A stretch of 64,000 bases of DNA from the human T2T-CHM13v2.0 reference genome, Homo sapiens (GCF_009914755.1 NC_060930.1), one strand, 5' to 3'. Shown: positions 47,664-64,000, numbered from the stretch's first letter. The notes: a model not told the origin generated them from the sequence alone. Numbers and translations: made by a program.

Positions 47664-47791
47664 TTTTTTTTTTAACTTTTATTTTAAGTTCAGGGGTACA
47701 TGTACAGAATGTGCAGGTTTGTTACATAGGTAAACATCTGTCATGGGGGTTTGTCATACAGATTATTTCATTACTCAGATGTTAAGCCTAG
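47664..47791 (-). mobile_element. Tiny L1P 3' fragment just downstream of the exon 16 donor
   Basis: ttttaagttcaggggtacatgt...caggtttgttacataggtaaac; TSD ttactgctttttt. Confidence 0.88.
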
Positions 47792-48292
47792 TTACTGCTT
47801 TTTTAAAACAGATATTTATTGCACACCTATTTTATTATAGGCAATGTTCAAGGTTCTTGAATACATCTGTGAACAAAACAGATTAAGATCCTGCCCTCAC
47901 GAAGCTTTTATTCTAAGAGGGGGATACAGACAGTAGGAATAATAAAATAATACATTATTTGTTATGTCAGAAGGTAAATGCTGTGGGAAATAAAGAAAAA
48001 GTAAAGGAGAGTAAGGGAGAAATTGGGAGTATTTTGGGGTACCCTGGGGGGCAGTAAGAAACTTTAAATAGGGTGGAAAGAGTAAGAGTCATTGAGTTGA
48101 CATTGAGCAGAGATTTGAAAAAGGTAAAAGAATTCGCCTTACAAATATTCAGGAGCCAAGTGTCCCAGGCAGGAGAAACAGCCACTGAAAAGGGCCAAAA
48201 TTGGGAGTGTGCCTGAGTCTATGAGTAGAATGCAGCTGATAATCCCCCATAGGTAAAGCTTTGCAACCTGGTTATCTCATCTACTTCCATTT

Positions 48293-48295
<3 letters not shown>

Positions 48296-48340
<45 letters not shown>
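48296..48340. repeat. (CA)n microsatellite
   Basis: Seen directly. Confidence 0.97.
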
Positions 48341-48341
<1 letters not shown>

Positions 48342-49210
48342 TCCTTTCCAAATAGAAAAAAAAATGTATTAGGCCTTTTATGAATATGTTTCCTTTTATT
48401 ATAACATTGTCATGGTGAGTTACATCTTTTTGTAAATATTTGAAAACGATCTCTGGAGAAAGAGCTTTACTATTAATTGGGGTACTATGTAATAGTTAAA
48501 TTAATTATTGCAAGAAAAATCTATGCTTCCAATTCTTTGATCATTGTCTTAATATATGTATGTATATATACACCCACACCTGTTACCAAAACATAATTGC
48601 TTATCTGTGTTTGATATTTTTCTTCTAATTGTTTAAGTCTAAAATAATTTGATCTGTTATAAATAATATAATCAAGTTAACATTAATTAATTCAATGTAA
48701 ACCAAAATATTGAGGTCTTTTTATCCCAAAAGTAAAAGAGAGAAGTGTAAGTGGAACAGGAAGTTAGACTTCATCTAAAAAAAAAAGTTAACATTTTGTG
48801 TCATGTTAACATATTCGATTAACATATTTGATTAATGATATGAAACAATATGAAAAGATAATATGATGTTATATGATTAAATTTCTACTAAATATTGTGC
48901 CCATATTGCAGAATTATGCTGATATTGGTTGTGTGCCATTGTTTGTATTCTCCTACTTTATTGGCACATGAGGTGCTATGGAGGTGGGTAGAGACAGAAG
49001 TAAATACAGCACTGATTATATTTGGTTGGGATTGGTACAACATTGCAGGTGGAAAAATATGAAAATCATTTTCAAAACTAAAAAAAAATTCCTTACAGAG
49101 GCCTAATACAAATAGGAGAGTAGTTACAGAAGGAAAATTTTGTCTCTTCCTATATTTGTTTTTGAATTTGGATGACATCTAATAATAATAATCTGACTAT
49201 TATGACCTAG

Positions 49211-49309
<99 letters not shown>

Positions 49310-49473
49310 TAAATAAGTTCGCCAACAAAATATGGATAGTTTTAAATATATGTGATTTGAAATTGGTAGCAAACTGAATCCCAGAGGCTGGATGCTCTGT
49401 AGTGAGAAGGCAGAAAGTAAAAAAGATAAGGAAGAATTATTCATTATTCAGAATTATTCAGCTATAAGAGTGA

Positions 49474-49846
<373 letters not shown>

Positions 49847-50816
49847 TAGTTAGTTACTAGATGATAATTTAATTTAATAAAACTTAGGTAAATAATACTT
49901 CCAACTTTTCAAAGCAAGACAAACTTACCTAAAAACACAAACATTTTCTTGTAATTACAGAGAGAAGCTCTCTGGCATAAAAACATGGGAAAAAAGTCCT
50001 AGCTGGATAGACACTTGTTATTATACTCAATGTTAAAAAACCTTAAAGCATTAGGATTTTAGGAAGCCTAACCTACCTTCCTACCTACGTGCTTGTTGCA
50101 GGCCATTGTATTAACAAATCATTTATTTACCTAGCAAGGCAATGAGTAAGCTGCAATTTCGCTGTTAGCTTTAGAAATTTGGACATAAACATGCTTACAA
50201 CTCTCTCTCTTAATGTTGTCACTGGTTTGTGGTAATTGAATGTGACTTAGAGACCAAAAGGTATTCAGTTTTTAAAATGGTGTGTTGTAGGCTTAACAAC
50301 TTACATTCTTGTTCCACATGGCTAGGTTTATGGTCTGGACTGTTGGCCCTTTGCAGAACTGGTTAAAAGGAACTACATAGGACTGCAGTTCCAGGAGAGA
50401 TCTGTTAGGTAGCAGGCAGTCAGCAGGAATTACTTAAAAGGCTATGTTGGTGAAATATTTGTATGTTTCATAGAAACATACAAACATGCAAATTGTATGT
50501 TTCTATGAAACATACAAATACATTTTGTATTATGTATTTTCATAGAAAAAAATGAAGAAAAGCTCTCCTAATATTAAGCAAAATTCACTAGTTCCATTTT
50601 TTAAAAGTGTCTATCTTTAGAGAATAAATGTACTACAAGGAAGATTATAAATTATTTATTGAAACTTGCTTTTATTAAGAATATAGCTTTTTATGCTAGA
50701 AAATCATGATATGCTTACGAAACAAAGTGGTGATTTAAGGAAGCTTTTCTTTGGAGAAACAGAAACCATTCATGAAAGTTCCTCTGGCTCATCTGCAGCA
50801 ACTGTTCCTATTCCTC

Positions 50817-50940
50817 ATTTGTTTCAAGAGATGGAGTTTCAGTATGTCGCCTAAGCTGGCCTCAAACTCCCAGGCTCAAGCAAGCCTCTTGCCTCAGCTT
50901 CTTGAGTAGCTGGGACTACAGGTGCACTGCCGCACCTGGC
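50817..50940 (-). mobile_element. FLAM Alu monomer
   Basis: Monomeric Alu. Confidence 0.78.
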
Positions 50941-51054
50941 TAGTTCTATTCTTTAGCAAGACTAGTGATTGAAACCATGGAGAAGGAAGTCAGTAAACTG
51001 AATGGCATATAGAGTACATAGCTTCGTTACAGCAGAATTTATTAAAGGGAGTGA

Positions 51055-51348
<294 letters not shown>

Positions 51349-52484
51349 TAAGAACGTAAAGGGGCAAGCTATTCTTAACCTGGGTAGCTGACAACTGGGG
51401 TAGCAACAACCAGGTTTGTGTTCCGCCTTGGATATTTACTTAGTAAATATATGTGGTTTCTCTGAACCTTACCTGGAAACGAGAAGTGAGAATGCATACA
51501 TTGTAAGATTAAGTAGGGAAATATGCTTTATAAACTGGAAAGCACTGTTTGGTAATTGTTAATGTCATTATAAACTAACTGTCCTTCACCATTCAATACA
51601 GTAATCTTCGAGCTCTCTCCAACTTTCCTTATAAACCATTCTTCCTGCGGTTTATGAATCAGATGTTCATGCCTGGTTATTTAGAGCAGAAAGAACTAGG
51701 AGGGTGTAGGGATTGCAGCCTGCTGTTTGACATACCCACTAGGGTAGGTGCTGCGGGGTGTTCCTTTGGGTAGCAGGGAAGAATCTGGCTGACAGTTGAC
51801 ACTGGGAAGGTCTTTTTAGTAGATTAGGCCCTTGGATGAGTTCAAGAGCAGGACTTCAGATCCCAGGAGACTTTCAATAAGGTGAGGTTTTAGTGCTAGG
51901 AGAGGCCCCAAGGGCAAGGAGTCATAACAGCAGCTCAAAATATAAGGACCAAGCCTACTTGTGAGAATCAGAGCGCCTGGATGGGGTTGGGATTTCAGAG
52001 TGAAATTGGAGCCCCGTTATCAGGAGTCCTTAAAGCTAAAATTAATGTCAAGGGTCATTTGATGCCAAGTTCCAAATGTGTTTGTAGAACTAAATAAAAA
52101 CACCTGCTGCCTCAGGTAAGAATTTTTCCTTATAGTCAGAAGTAGGTGAAGACATCACAATCTCTATTCTTCAAAATAGCATTATACCACAGAAATAAAT
52201 AACCAACCAAAGGGGCTTTACAGGACAAAAGCTTAGCAAACTTCTCAATGAAGATCAAATCCACAGCAAAGATCAGAGTAAGGGTGTGGGTTTCCTACCG
52301 ACTGCTCCTGATAACCTCAATCAAACTGCCATTAAAAAATAATAATAACATTACTTACTAGGTATATTATTTCTCATTTTAGAGATAAAACATGCTCAGA
52401 GAAGTTAGATAAATTGTTCGAGGCCAGAGAAGCTTGTTCTATCTGGCTGCAAACCCCAAGTTCTATGTAAAGAATGCCTCTTGC

Positions 52485-52640
52485 TATTCAGAGTGTGGTC
52501 TCAGGACCACCATCTGCATCACTTGCAAATTGGTTAGAGATGCAGAATCTCAAGCCCTACCCTAGGTTTACTGAACCAGAATCCGTATTTTAACAAAACC
52601 CTCAAGTGATTGTATGCATATTAAAGCTTAAGGAGCACTG
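52485..52640. mobile_element. MER5-like hAT element
   Basis: agtgtggtc...ttagagatgcagaatctc...tttaacaaaaccctcaagtgatt. Confidence 0.7.
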
Positions 52641-52721
52641 GGATGTTGTCACCCAACTTAGTCATTGATTCCAGCAGTAATCAGAATGCTTTGCCCCATT
52701 ATCAATTATCTTTTTGCAAAT

Positions 52722-52771
<50 letters not shown>

Positions 52772-52774
52772 ACA
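52722..52774. repeat. (CT)n(CA)n microsatellite
   Basis: Seen directly. Confidence 0.95.
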
Positions 52775-52958
52775 ATAGGGAGCAGTAGTGTCTCTATATT
52801 TCTGAATAGTGGCAGAATCAGAATCTTAAGTTAGGCTAGCTTCTTTGGCAGTATAACATTTAATCGATTACTACAGAAACAATCTTGATTACCCCTTAAA
52901 ACACATATTGTTGCTTTGACTTATTTCCTCCCCTTTCCCATCCCTCATTATCTTGCAG

Positions 52959-53010
52959 AGTACTCAGCTGGAACAAGTGAATCAGATGCTAAATCTCACC
53001 CAAGAAGAAA
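52959..53010 (+). CDS. ENPP3: ENPP3 exon (19), 52 nt: STQLEQVNQMLNLTQEE
   Basis: ttgcag|AGT...GAA A|gtaagt. Confidence 0.95.
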
Positions 53011-53765
53011 GTAAGTCAATAGAAAACATGTTAAGTCTTTGATATTTAGACCTAACAAAACACAATGTGGCCCTTTTAGGACTCTCCAAAATAAGCTGAC
53101 AGAGGTTCCTGAACATAAAGATTTTATTGCCAATATACAAAAGGTAAAAAAAAAAAAACTCACAACAGATATAATGACAACAGTACAAGCATGGGGTAGT
53201 TCCAGTGGTTCCAGGAACAAAACGAATTCCTTGAAGAGGTTGTGACTCATCTGCAGTCCTCTGTTTCCTTTCCTTAGATGTAAGCAGACTGAGCTGCCTG
53301 GGTTTGAGTCCTACCTCTGGTGCTTCCTGGCTGTGTGAGCTGGGGCAAATCACTTAGCCTCCCTGTGCCTCAGTCTTCTCATCTGTAATAACCGTACTCA
53401 CCTCATGTAGTTGTAAAAATTTAAAAAGTTAATACATGGAAAGAATTTACAATTGTGCCTGGCCTGTAGCAATATTATTATTACCTGTTATCTTTTAAGT
53501 ATTCTTGTATTAAACTCACTCTGTTTCAGTTTCATCGCTTATAAGGGGATACCTACTTTATACAGTTGCTGTGAAGATTACATGAGTTAATATATGTGCC
53601 TGGTTTACAGTTAAGAGCTTAGTAAATGTACTAGTTGTTTTGATAATCTTATAATCTGCCAAGTGTTATTCCATGGCATGAATAGCCTGCAGGTTTTTTA
53701 TCCATCACTAATTGATGGATTTTTAAGAAGCATGCAAGTAAAAGTAAATAAATACATTAGAATGT

Positions 53766-54525
53766 TGTTTTAGTCCATTCCAATTGCTATTAGGTTGGTG
53801 CAAAATTAATTGTGTTTTTTTCTATTAAAAGTAATGGCAAAAAACAGCAGGGCATGGTGGCTCACACCTGTAATCCCAGCACTTTGGGAGGCTGAGGCAG
53901 ACAGATCACTTGAGGTGAGGAGTTCAAGACCAGCCTGGCCAACATGGTGAAACCCCGTCTCTACTAAAAATACAAAAAAAAAAAAAAAAAAATTAGTTGG
54001 GCATGATGGTGCACCCTTGTAATCCCAGTTACTCAGGAGGAGGCTGAGGTAGGAGAATCACTTGAACCCAGGAGATGGAGGTTGCAGTGAGCTGAGATCA
54101 TGCCACTCCACTCCAGCTTGGGTGACACAGCAAGACTTGGTCTCAAAAGTAATGGCAAAAACCACAATTACTTTTGCTCCAACCTAATATAACAAGATGC
54201 CATAGACTGGGTAGCTTATAAACAACAGAAATTTACTTCTCATAGTTCTGGAGGCTGGGAAACCCAAGATCAAGTTGCCAGCAGATTTGGTTTCTGATGA
54301 TGGCCTGATTCCTCATAAAGGGCCTTCTTCTCACTCTGAGCTCGTATAGTGGAAGGAGTGAAGGTGTCCCTAGGGTGTCTTTGATGAAAGCCCTAATCCT
54401 GCTCATGGGGGTCTTATATCATGCCTTAATCACCTCCTAAAGGTCCCACCTCCTAATACCATCACCTTTGGGATTAGGATTTCAATGTATACGTTTTAGA
54501 GACACATAAACATTCTGATTATAAG
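53766..54525. mobile_element. MLT1/MaLR LTR containing MADE1 (53790-54187), which contains an Alu (+, ~53846-54148)
   Basis: MADE1 TIRs ttaggttggtgcaaaa / ttttgctccaacctaa; MLT motifs ataaacaacagaaattta...ctggaggctgggaa. Confidence 0.85.
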
Positions 54526-54933
54526 ACATAAGTTTATAAAATTCCAACATCTTCCCTATGACAATTACTAGACTAGGTCATCTTTGTTACAAAGTATGTA
54601 CTTTTGACTTTGAAGGTTTTACCTCTTCATGTATATCCTCTGAGCTGTAAAATGTAAGGAATCACAGAGGGCAGGCTTCAGATCCTTGCTTAGGCTCTTG
54701 CTTGGCCAACTTACTTATGTAAACCTTAGTTTTATAATCTGTAAAATGGAGTAATAACACCAATATTATTATTATTATTTTTAATAATTATACATTGGAT
54801 TGTTGTAAGAATTGAAAGAGGTTAAATATGTAAAATATTTGTTAGAGTACTTGTCATATAATAAGCCATAAGAGAGTGGTAGTTATTATATGGGTAGTTA
54901 TTACATGCAAAGAAGCATTTGCTAATTTCATGA

Positions 54934-55128
<195 letters not shown>

Positions 55129-56191
55129 TGAGTCCATTGATCCATGCAGGCAAGAAATATTTATAATCCTTTCATATTCTAAGAGTTGAATTTTGTTTTG
55201 CAGCAGAGATTCAAAGGGAGGGAACTCACTGGCCTGTAGCTTGCAAGACAATGTGCAAGTATTAGATAAAGGTTGTTATAGGTGCTACACGGGTGCAAAA
55301 GAGGAACACATTGTGTTTTACCTGGAGAAAATGGAAAATGTTTACAGGCCAATTGGCCAATTGGTAAGGCAGGTAGAAAAGGACATTTTAAACAGAAGCA
55401 ACAGGAAGTACAGAGGAATACTATTCATTTAAGATTCCCCATGTACATCATGGGTGCATGTAGAAGGTGATGATAACTAGATTATAAAGGGCTTTGTATT
55501 TATTTGATTATTTAACAAGTACTTTACTATTTGTTGTGTGTTATAGTAGGCACCAAATATACAAGGTGAATAGGCATAGTTCTTCTCTGAAGGATCTGGC
55601 ACTCCAGTAAGTCAGACTAGACTTACATGGGACAAATGCATTATGTCACAGATCTCCAGGCTGAGGTTGAGGTCCACTTGTTTAAAGCCCCTTCCCTCTT
55701 CACTGTCTGGCATATTCTCTTGCACTAAGTAGTACCAGGACAGTCAACTACCCTTCAGGAAGAAAACAGTAGATCCCTACCTCACACCACACACAAAATT
55801 AAATTTCTGGTGGATTTGTAGACCTAAATAGGAACCGCAAGTCCATATTCCCTTTGTGCATATCTTTATGATCTTGTGATAGAGAAGGCTTTCTCAGGAG
55901 ACAAGAAGAACAACATTAAAAATGCAGAGGAAATTGATTAGACTACATAAACATTAATGTATGACAAAATAACAAAGTTGTAGATGGAACAATATATCTG
56001 CATTGCATATAAGAAACAAGTTATGAGTATCCAGAACAGTAATTAGATTCAGAATAGCTAATAAATTTCCACCAATCAACAACAGAATGACAAGCATCTT
56101 AGTTACTACATGAACAAAGGATAGGAGCCAAGCAATTGAATCACAATTCAGGAATATGCAATAAGGAAAATGTAAATTAAAACAAAACTTA

Positions 56192-56510
<319 letters not shown>

Positions 56511-59500
56511 TTAAAGTATGCCTAAAGTCAGTCCAAACACTTCTCTGGGGCAGGGATGATTTTATTTAATGCATCCTCAGCACAATAGAATTGTCCAGTA
56601 AGTGCTTATTGAATGAAACGCATTGAATGAATTAACCACAATCATTATTTTTAGACTTTTAAAGACAAAGCTATACCACCCACCACATGGGTAAATAATC
56701 AGGGAGCTGTTTCTGTAGAGAAAATCTTAGTATTTTAGATCCAGAGACTGATGACAAACTTATAGCTATTAATGTTTTTGCTAAGAGTACCACCTCTTTT
56801 ATGGAAAGGAAATAATTGATTGCATAGGTTTACCTACTCTTCCTGTTCCAATTCAAAATTTTTGGAGAAAGATAAGCATATTTTCCTACTACTAATTAAA
56901 ACTTTGTATATTCTGAAAGCCAGCTCTGTTGCTGTCAATGGTTCGATTGTGGTCACTGGTAACAGTACTAATGTTTGTTTGCCAGTGTGGGCAAATATTT
57001 TACCAACAGTTACCTGAGTTCATATGGACGGTTGGTGCAACATTACTTTCTTAATATGCACAGTGTTCAGTTCGTGATTTTCTTCAACACACAACATTCC
57101 ACAAAATAACTTCTATTTTGTTATTGTTTTCGAGAGGAGTGGCATACTCAGGGTCAGTCCTATTATTTAATTTTCTATTTTGAAAATTCCAGGTATGAGG
57201 GGTTGTGTGGCATTAAAGGGAATGTTTATGTTTTTAGTACTTTTCCCCTGCTGTCTTGCATTCTTGAATTTTTATGAGCTTTGGCGGAAACCAAAGGCGG
57301 AGAGATTCTAAGTGGGCTCAGACTAGGAGTTTAATACAATTCTTCTTTGTTATTGTTTTAAAACTAGCTTCCTTGTTACCAAAAGTTCCTGTCCTTTCAC
57401 TGATCCCACAGAAGTACTTGTGTATTTCTCCTTCCCTGTGACAGGATGGAATTCTAGCAATTTTCTGCTTTCTAATTCAGAAATTACTCTGTTAGTGTGT
57501 TGTGGTTCAAGAAAATTACATACAAGGATGTTTTGGGATTCACATAAAAATGTTGTAAATCAGCTCTGTGTTTCAAAAAATCAGGCTTAAATAAGCACTT
57601 TTTGGAACATGGACCCAATTGGTCTTAGCCTTTAAGATTTATAGAGCTTTTGTTTTTCTGTGGTTTTGGTGGGTTTTGTAATTTTTGTTGTATCTCAGAA
57701 GAGTTCTGGGGAAGTAGTTGTGATTTGAAATCATGGTCGTAGAACAGCTGATTCAAAACCATTAAGGTTAGTCAGACCATACATAGATTTTGCTTCTGGG
57801 CCTGTTCAGAAGGAAGATATGCACTAGTGTTCCTGTTGCTAGGTGATAAATTGAAAATAAGAGCAAGAATTGTGATTACTGTTTAAAATAGGTATTTCAG
57901 AATTTAATATGAAATCAAATAACTTTTCAGAGTAGAAATCTAGTGTACTTTGAAAAATGCCTCTCTGTCTCCCTATGTATCTATGTATCTCTCGCTCTAT
58001 TTACCTATCTATAGCTATATGTCTATCTATCTGTCAATCTACACACATATCATTCCATGTTAAAAAGCCTTTTTTCTTGTTTCTAAAGATTATTTTGTGA
58101 GTCTTTGAAACAGGGGCATTATTGTGTGTTGCAAACATTTTTGAACTATGAAAGAATTATTTTTCCCTGTAGAAAATAAATCATACAACCAAATAATTAA
58201 AAACATACATAGTTATTATCCTTACCGTAAGGCAAAATTGTAACTATCTAATCTTCAAACAAGTAGGTTTTAGCTTGTACATTCAGCCTACAGGTAAGAA
58301 GCATCTGTAACTTCAATAGAAATAATTTTATCCTCTGTTCAGGTTCTACTTTGTTTCAATGCCAGACTAAAAGTACAAGCAGCTCACGTTCCTGTCTATA
58401 CTCATCATTTACTTCTCCAGTAAGATTTTGAGAGCTAAAAAGTTCATATTTTATCTGAGTGTCTGAATTATATTTATTGCTTTCCTGACTTTCTATTCCG
58501 TTGCTTCAAAAATTCCAGGGAACTCTGATAGGATGGCAGGATTGAAGCTGTTTATGTGTTGGAGGCGGGGTGGTGGTGGTGGTGGTTCACTAAAGCCTTT
58601 TTTATTATAGAAAGGACCTTCCTGTACCTCCCCTCCATCCTTCTAATGGGCTGCCTATTGCATAATCTCGCCTGGATAAAGGAGGCCACATCCTCATTCC
58701 TAGTACTGATGCACTTTTATTTGAGGGTTCAAGTTTGGTATGTAAGAAATAAATCTCAAGATTTTCGGTTAGCAGAAAATGTGACTTTTTTTTTTTAGTA
58801 CTTTCTGGCTGAAGCTATCCCAGTTCATTTCCCCCAGCACAAAGTCTAAGCTACTTTGAGAACATGGTAAATATTTTGACCAACTAAGTTGTTTAAGCAC
58901 AACTTTTACAGCCACAGCCTCATTAAAAATTACAATAAACTTTCTTCGTTAACATTTTTATAATTTTAACTGTTAAATATAAGCATCTCAATTTCCTTAC
59001 ATTATGGAAAATGCATTTAGGGCTACATTTATATACTGTATATTTCTTCAAGTAAAACTTACTAATGTGAAATGTTTGAGTACAACGATAAAGATGTGTG
59101 TTAGGAAATATCAAACTCACAATATACCAGCGGTCTATGGGGCCAACTTGGTCAGCAGTCACCATTCCTTATTTTCTAATTTTACAACATACTTACGTAG
59201 CCCTTATACCAAGTGGAGAAACCTGGTCACTCAGAACTGTATACTATGATATGTTTTTGAAAGAATATAAACAAATGCTTTTAGCTTTCCAGACTCTGCC
59301 ACCTGAAGGAGAGTGAAATAAATGGTGAGAACTCATCCAACACATTTAGCACAAACGTCTTCGTATTTCTTGGTTTACTTCTTGTTTTGGTGGACTATAT
59401 CACTCAGGAGCTTCCTGAGAAAGAAAAAGGGGAAGATACATTCTTGAGAGTTTTTGTGTCTCAACATGTTTTTACTCTGCCTATACACTTAATTGGTGTT

Positions 59501-59552
59501 TTAGCTGGTTTCAGAATTTTAGAAATAATTTTTCTTCAAAATTAGTAAGACA

Positions 59553-59916
<364 letters not shown>

Positions 59917-61317
59917 TTAATTCCACCTTTTGAGTCACGTCTGCAACTTCATCCTCTAGATCTTATTGAGTGTTTTCTTTTGGCTGTCGTATTTTGAAAT
60001 CCCAAGAGCTCTTTCTGTTACCTTTTCTCTTTTTAAACATTGCCTCTGTTCCTTCTTTATGGATGCCATATATACTCTCAGCTCTCTGAGAAAAGAGTTT
60101 TCTTCTGGCTTCTGCATTGTCTCTTTTTCTTCTCCCTTATTCCCCAGTGTCTAGTGGTCCTTGGCTGTCAGCTTCTATTTTAAGAGTTAGGCACTAAACT
60201 ATATGGCTGGGTCTTTCCAGTCTATAAGCTTCACTATAGGTTGATCAGGAAGAGAACCAGCCATTTTGTTGAGGACTCCAAACTGACAGTATCTAGTTTC
60301 TTTTCAGGCTGGTTGTTTTCCAAAGAGAGGATACTTCTAATCTGACTCAGCATATACAATTTTCAGGCTAAATGGGCAATGAGATTGGGGAATCTTATCA
60401 TTCAGCAATAGAGTTTTGTTTAATCTCATTTCTTTCAGTATGGTGCACCTGCTCTTGGCTGTGCCTTGTGTCTTTTAGTCTGATCATCCCTCTGGTTTAA
60501 ACTCTCCAGAGAGTAAACATACTGTCTATCCCTTTTTGCAGACTTTTTCAATCTATCCTCTATTTCCAGCCTTATGCGAACTCCTGTCTTTAGGACTCCA
60601 AGTTCTACCCTTCTGGGGTTCTACAGTAGGACTTCCTTGGTGCTTTTCCCAAACATAAGCTCTTGGTAGTCAGTGTTTACTGGTCTACTAAATCACGTTA
60701 TTATTTATCTGATTTCCAGCTTCTGAATGTTCCCTGTCATCTCTTGTGTGTTTTCATTATTACTGTCTTCTTAATGGAATTTTAGAAGGGAGCAAGATAA
60801 ATGTATGTGTTTAATCAATTTGAGAAGTTTTCTAGCTGGAGCTTTGTAGTATGTTAGGGAGTACAGTCTCTGCTTTGCTTTTTCTGGACTTTTCTCATCT
60901 TCAGCTCCTACTTGTTCTATACCTCAGCATGGTGCTCTCCTGGCTACAAAGACAGCATACAGTGTATGTTGCCTCTTCCTTTGTGAATTGAACTCAGAGG
61001 TTTCAGACAACATAGCTAATTTTGCTTTCAGCACAATGCAGTGAATAAAGGAAGGTCATCCTAATTTAACTTAATCTTCATTTTTTTATAAATTATTTCA
61101 AATTTTATTAAGAAAGATATCCATTATGGGCAGTAGAGAGCATACAAATCAAAATGTCTGAGAAAAATAAACAAATAGCAAAATGTTCACTTACCCATGA
61201 TTATATGCTAATCAAAATATGATGACCACATAATATAGTATTACCTTAAATACTCGAGTTAGGCAGCACATTTACAGGATGTCCTCTTGGTAAATAAATT
61301 ATTGTACTAGTCTTTAA

Positions 61318-61948
<631 letters not shown>

Positions 61949-62398
61949 TGGCCTAAGAAATTATTTTAAAAATTCTTATATTTCATGATGAATGAAGCAT
62001 GGCTGTAAATTTATTTATATTCAAAACTAATTTGTTTAGACAACTACACCTTCTTTGAATTAATCTTAGGTTGATAAAAAGTTCTTGAACAGCTGAAGAA
62101 TAATATATCAATACTTAGTTTATATCAATATTTTAAAAGTAAATACATTTTACTTTCAATTTTTATTTAAAAGTACAATATACATCACCACATAAAAGTT
62201 AGATCTTGAAAAGGATTTTAGTTTTTAGGAATAGTTCCCATTATTCCTCTGCTCTCAATTCAGGTTTCACTGTGCAAATATTTTTTTCCAAGGTGTATTT
62301 GATTTGCCCTCCCGATGTCCTTAACCAGAAGGGAACCACAGAAGAAAACACTGCTGAAGACATCCATTCTCATTGCTTGCGTAGACCTGATTCACTAA

Positions 62399-62647
<249 letters not shown>

Positions 62648-63023
62648 TAGTAGAACTCTTTTTTAGAGCAGTAGCTTAGAAAGCTCTCATCAGCTGGATG
62701 TGGGCATGTGCCTTAAACATATACTCCCCACCAAAACTACCTGCTTGGGTAAGCTAGCTGCCTGAGAGGCTTCCAGTGGTTGTGGCTGGCCAGAGCAGCA
62801 CAGCGGCTGTAATAAAGACTAAGACATTTTGCAGTGGGACCCACACAGCAGCTCTCATCTGGCCCAGATGTTTAGAGAGTTCGGCAGGTTTAAGTTTAAT
62901 TTTAAAACTGGAGATTCTTTGCAGAAGGACACAAACATCTAAAAACCCATTTCTTCTGACTCCTGCCCAAGCTAAGGTCCACCTGGAGAATACAGCTGTG
63001 CCCGTGAAAAGAAATCAGGCTGG

Positions 63024-63100
63024 GTGCTCGCTTTGGCAGAACATGTACTAAAATAGGAATGATACAGAGAAGGTCACCTAGTAAAATAAAATAAAATAAA
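63024..63100 (+). pseudogene. 3'-truncated U6 snRNA retropseudogene with A-rich tail
   Basis: gtgctcgctttggcagaacatgtactaaaataggaatgatacagagaag resembles U6 nt 1-~50; perfect 17-bp TSD aaaagaaatcaggctgg at 63007-63023 and 63101-63117. Confidence 0.92.
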
Positions 63101-63523
63101 AAAAGAAATCAGGCTGGAATTTTGGCCTGTCGCTCATGCTGTAGGGCTAACAGTTTTAAACTGCAGGTGAAGTAGCCAAATGAAATTTAAGTTTTTGTTG
63201 TTGTTGTTGTTGTTGTTTTCAGAAAGAATCTCTCTTGGGAACCTGCCAAAGCTAGTGTGATTTTCCTAAAACTCAAGCCACTTCCCTGTGCAACAGGAAA
63301 CGTCATTTTTATTAACTTGCCTATGAGATTTTCAACAATTTCACCTTCTTAGAGATTTGTAATTTAAAGATTCCGAAATGTATAATGGGCAAAAAGGTTT
63401 AATGAAAGCAAGTAGCGTTATCAATTTAAAACTCCTGAGTTAGGATAAATTAACTGATAAATTTTATGTATCTAGATACAATCAGGGGGTACCAAATTTA
63501 TGTAAGCCCTGTGATAAACATTA

Positions 63524-63910
<387 letters not shown>

Positions 63911-64000
63911 TTAATACATCAATGTTTGCCTGACAAGGAATAAAATTAATAATTAAACAACTTGTCTCAAAAAATTAAGGATACGGCCAGACACGGTGGC

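Overview
Mammalian (human-type, Alu-rich) genomic DNA covering the middle of ENPP3 (ectonucleotide pyrophosphatase/phosphodiesterase 3, CD203c; recognised as 6q23) on the + strand. I traced 14 coding exons (probably exons 8-21) by hand. All have GT-AG boundaries and consistent phases, and together they encode most of the catalytic domain and the start of the nuclease-like domain. One intron (22098-47584, 25.5 kb) is much larger than the rest and holds two intronless protein-coding genes on the opposite strand: the olfactory receptor OR2A4 and the CTAGE5/MIA2-derived retrogene CTAGE9. Their close paralogues (OR2A7, CTAGE4/CTAGE8) lie together at 7q35. The sequence suggests an ~18 kb block (~26.4-44.5 kb) was copied into an old L2 element. 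Its right junction carries a perfect 71-bp inverted templated copy and a hairpin, consistent with template-switch repair. The rest is transposon debris: ~30 Alus, L1s including a twin-primed one, a near full-length Tigger1, MER/MADE1 DNA elements, THE1/MLT LTRs and a U6 retrocopy. I found no clearly new gene system. The most interesting signals are the nested antisense cassette and its junction scars, the degenerate GPCR motifs of OR2A4, and several splice and templated-insertion oddities. Repeat subfamily names are from memory of consensus sequences and their boundaries are approximate.
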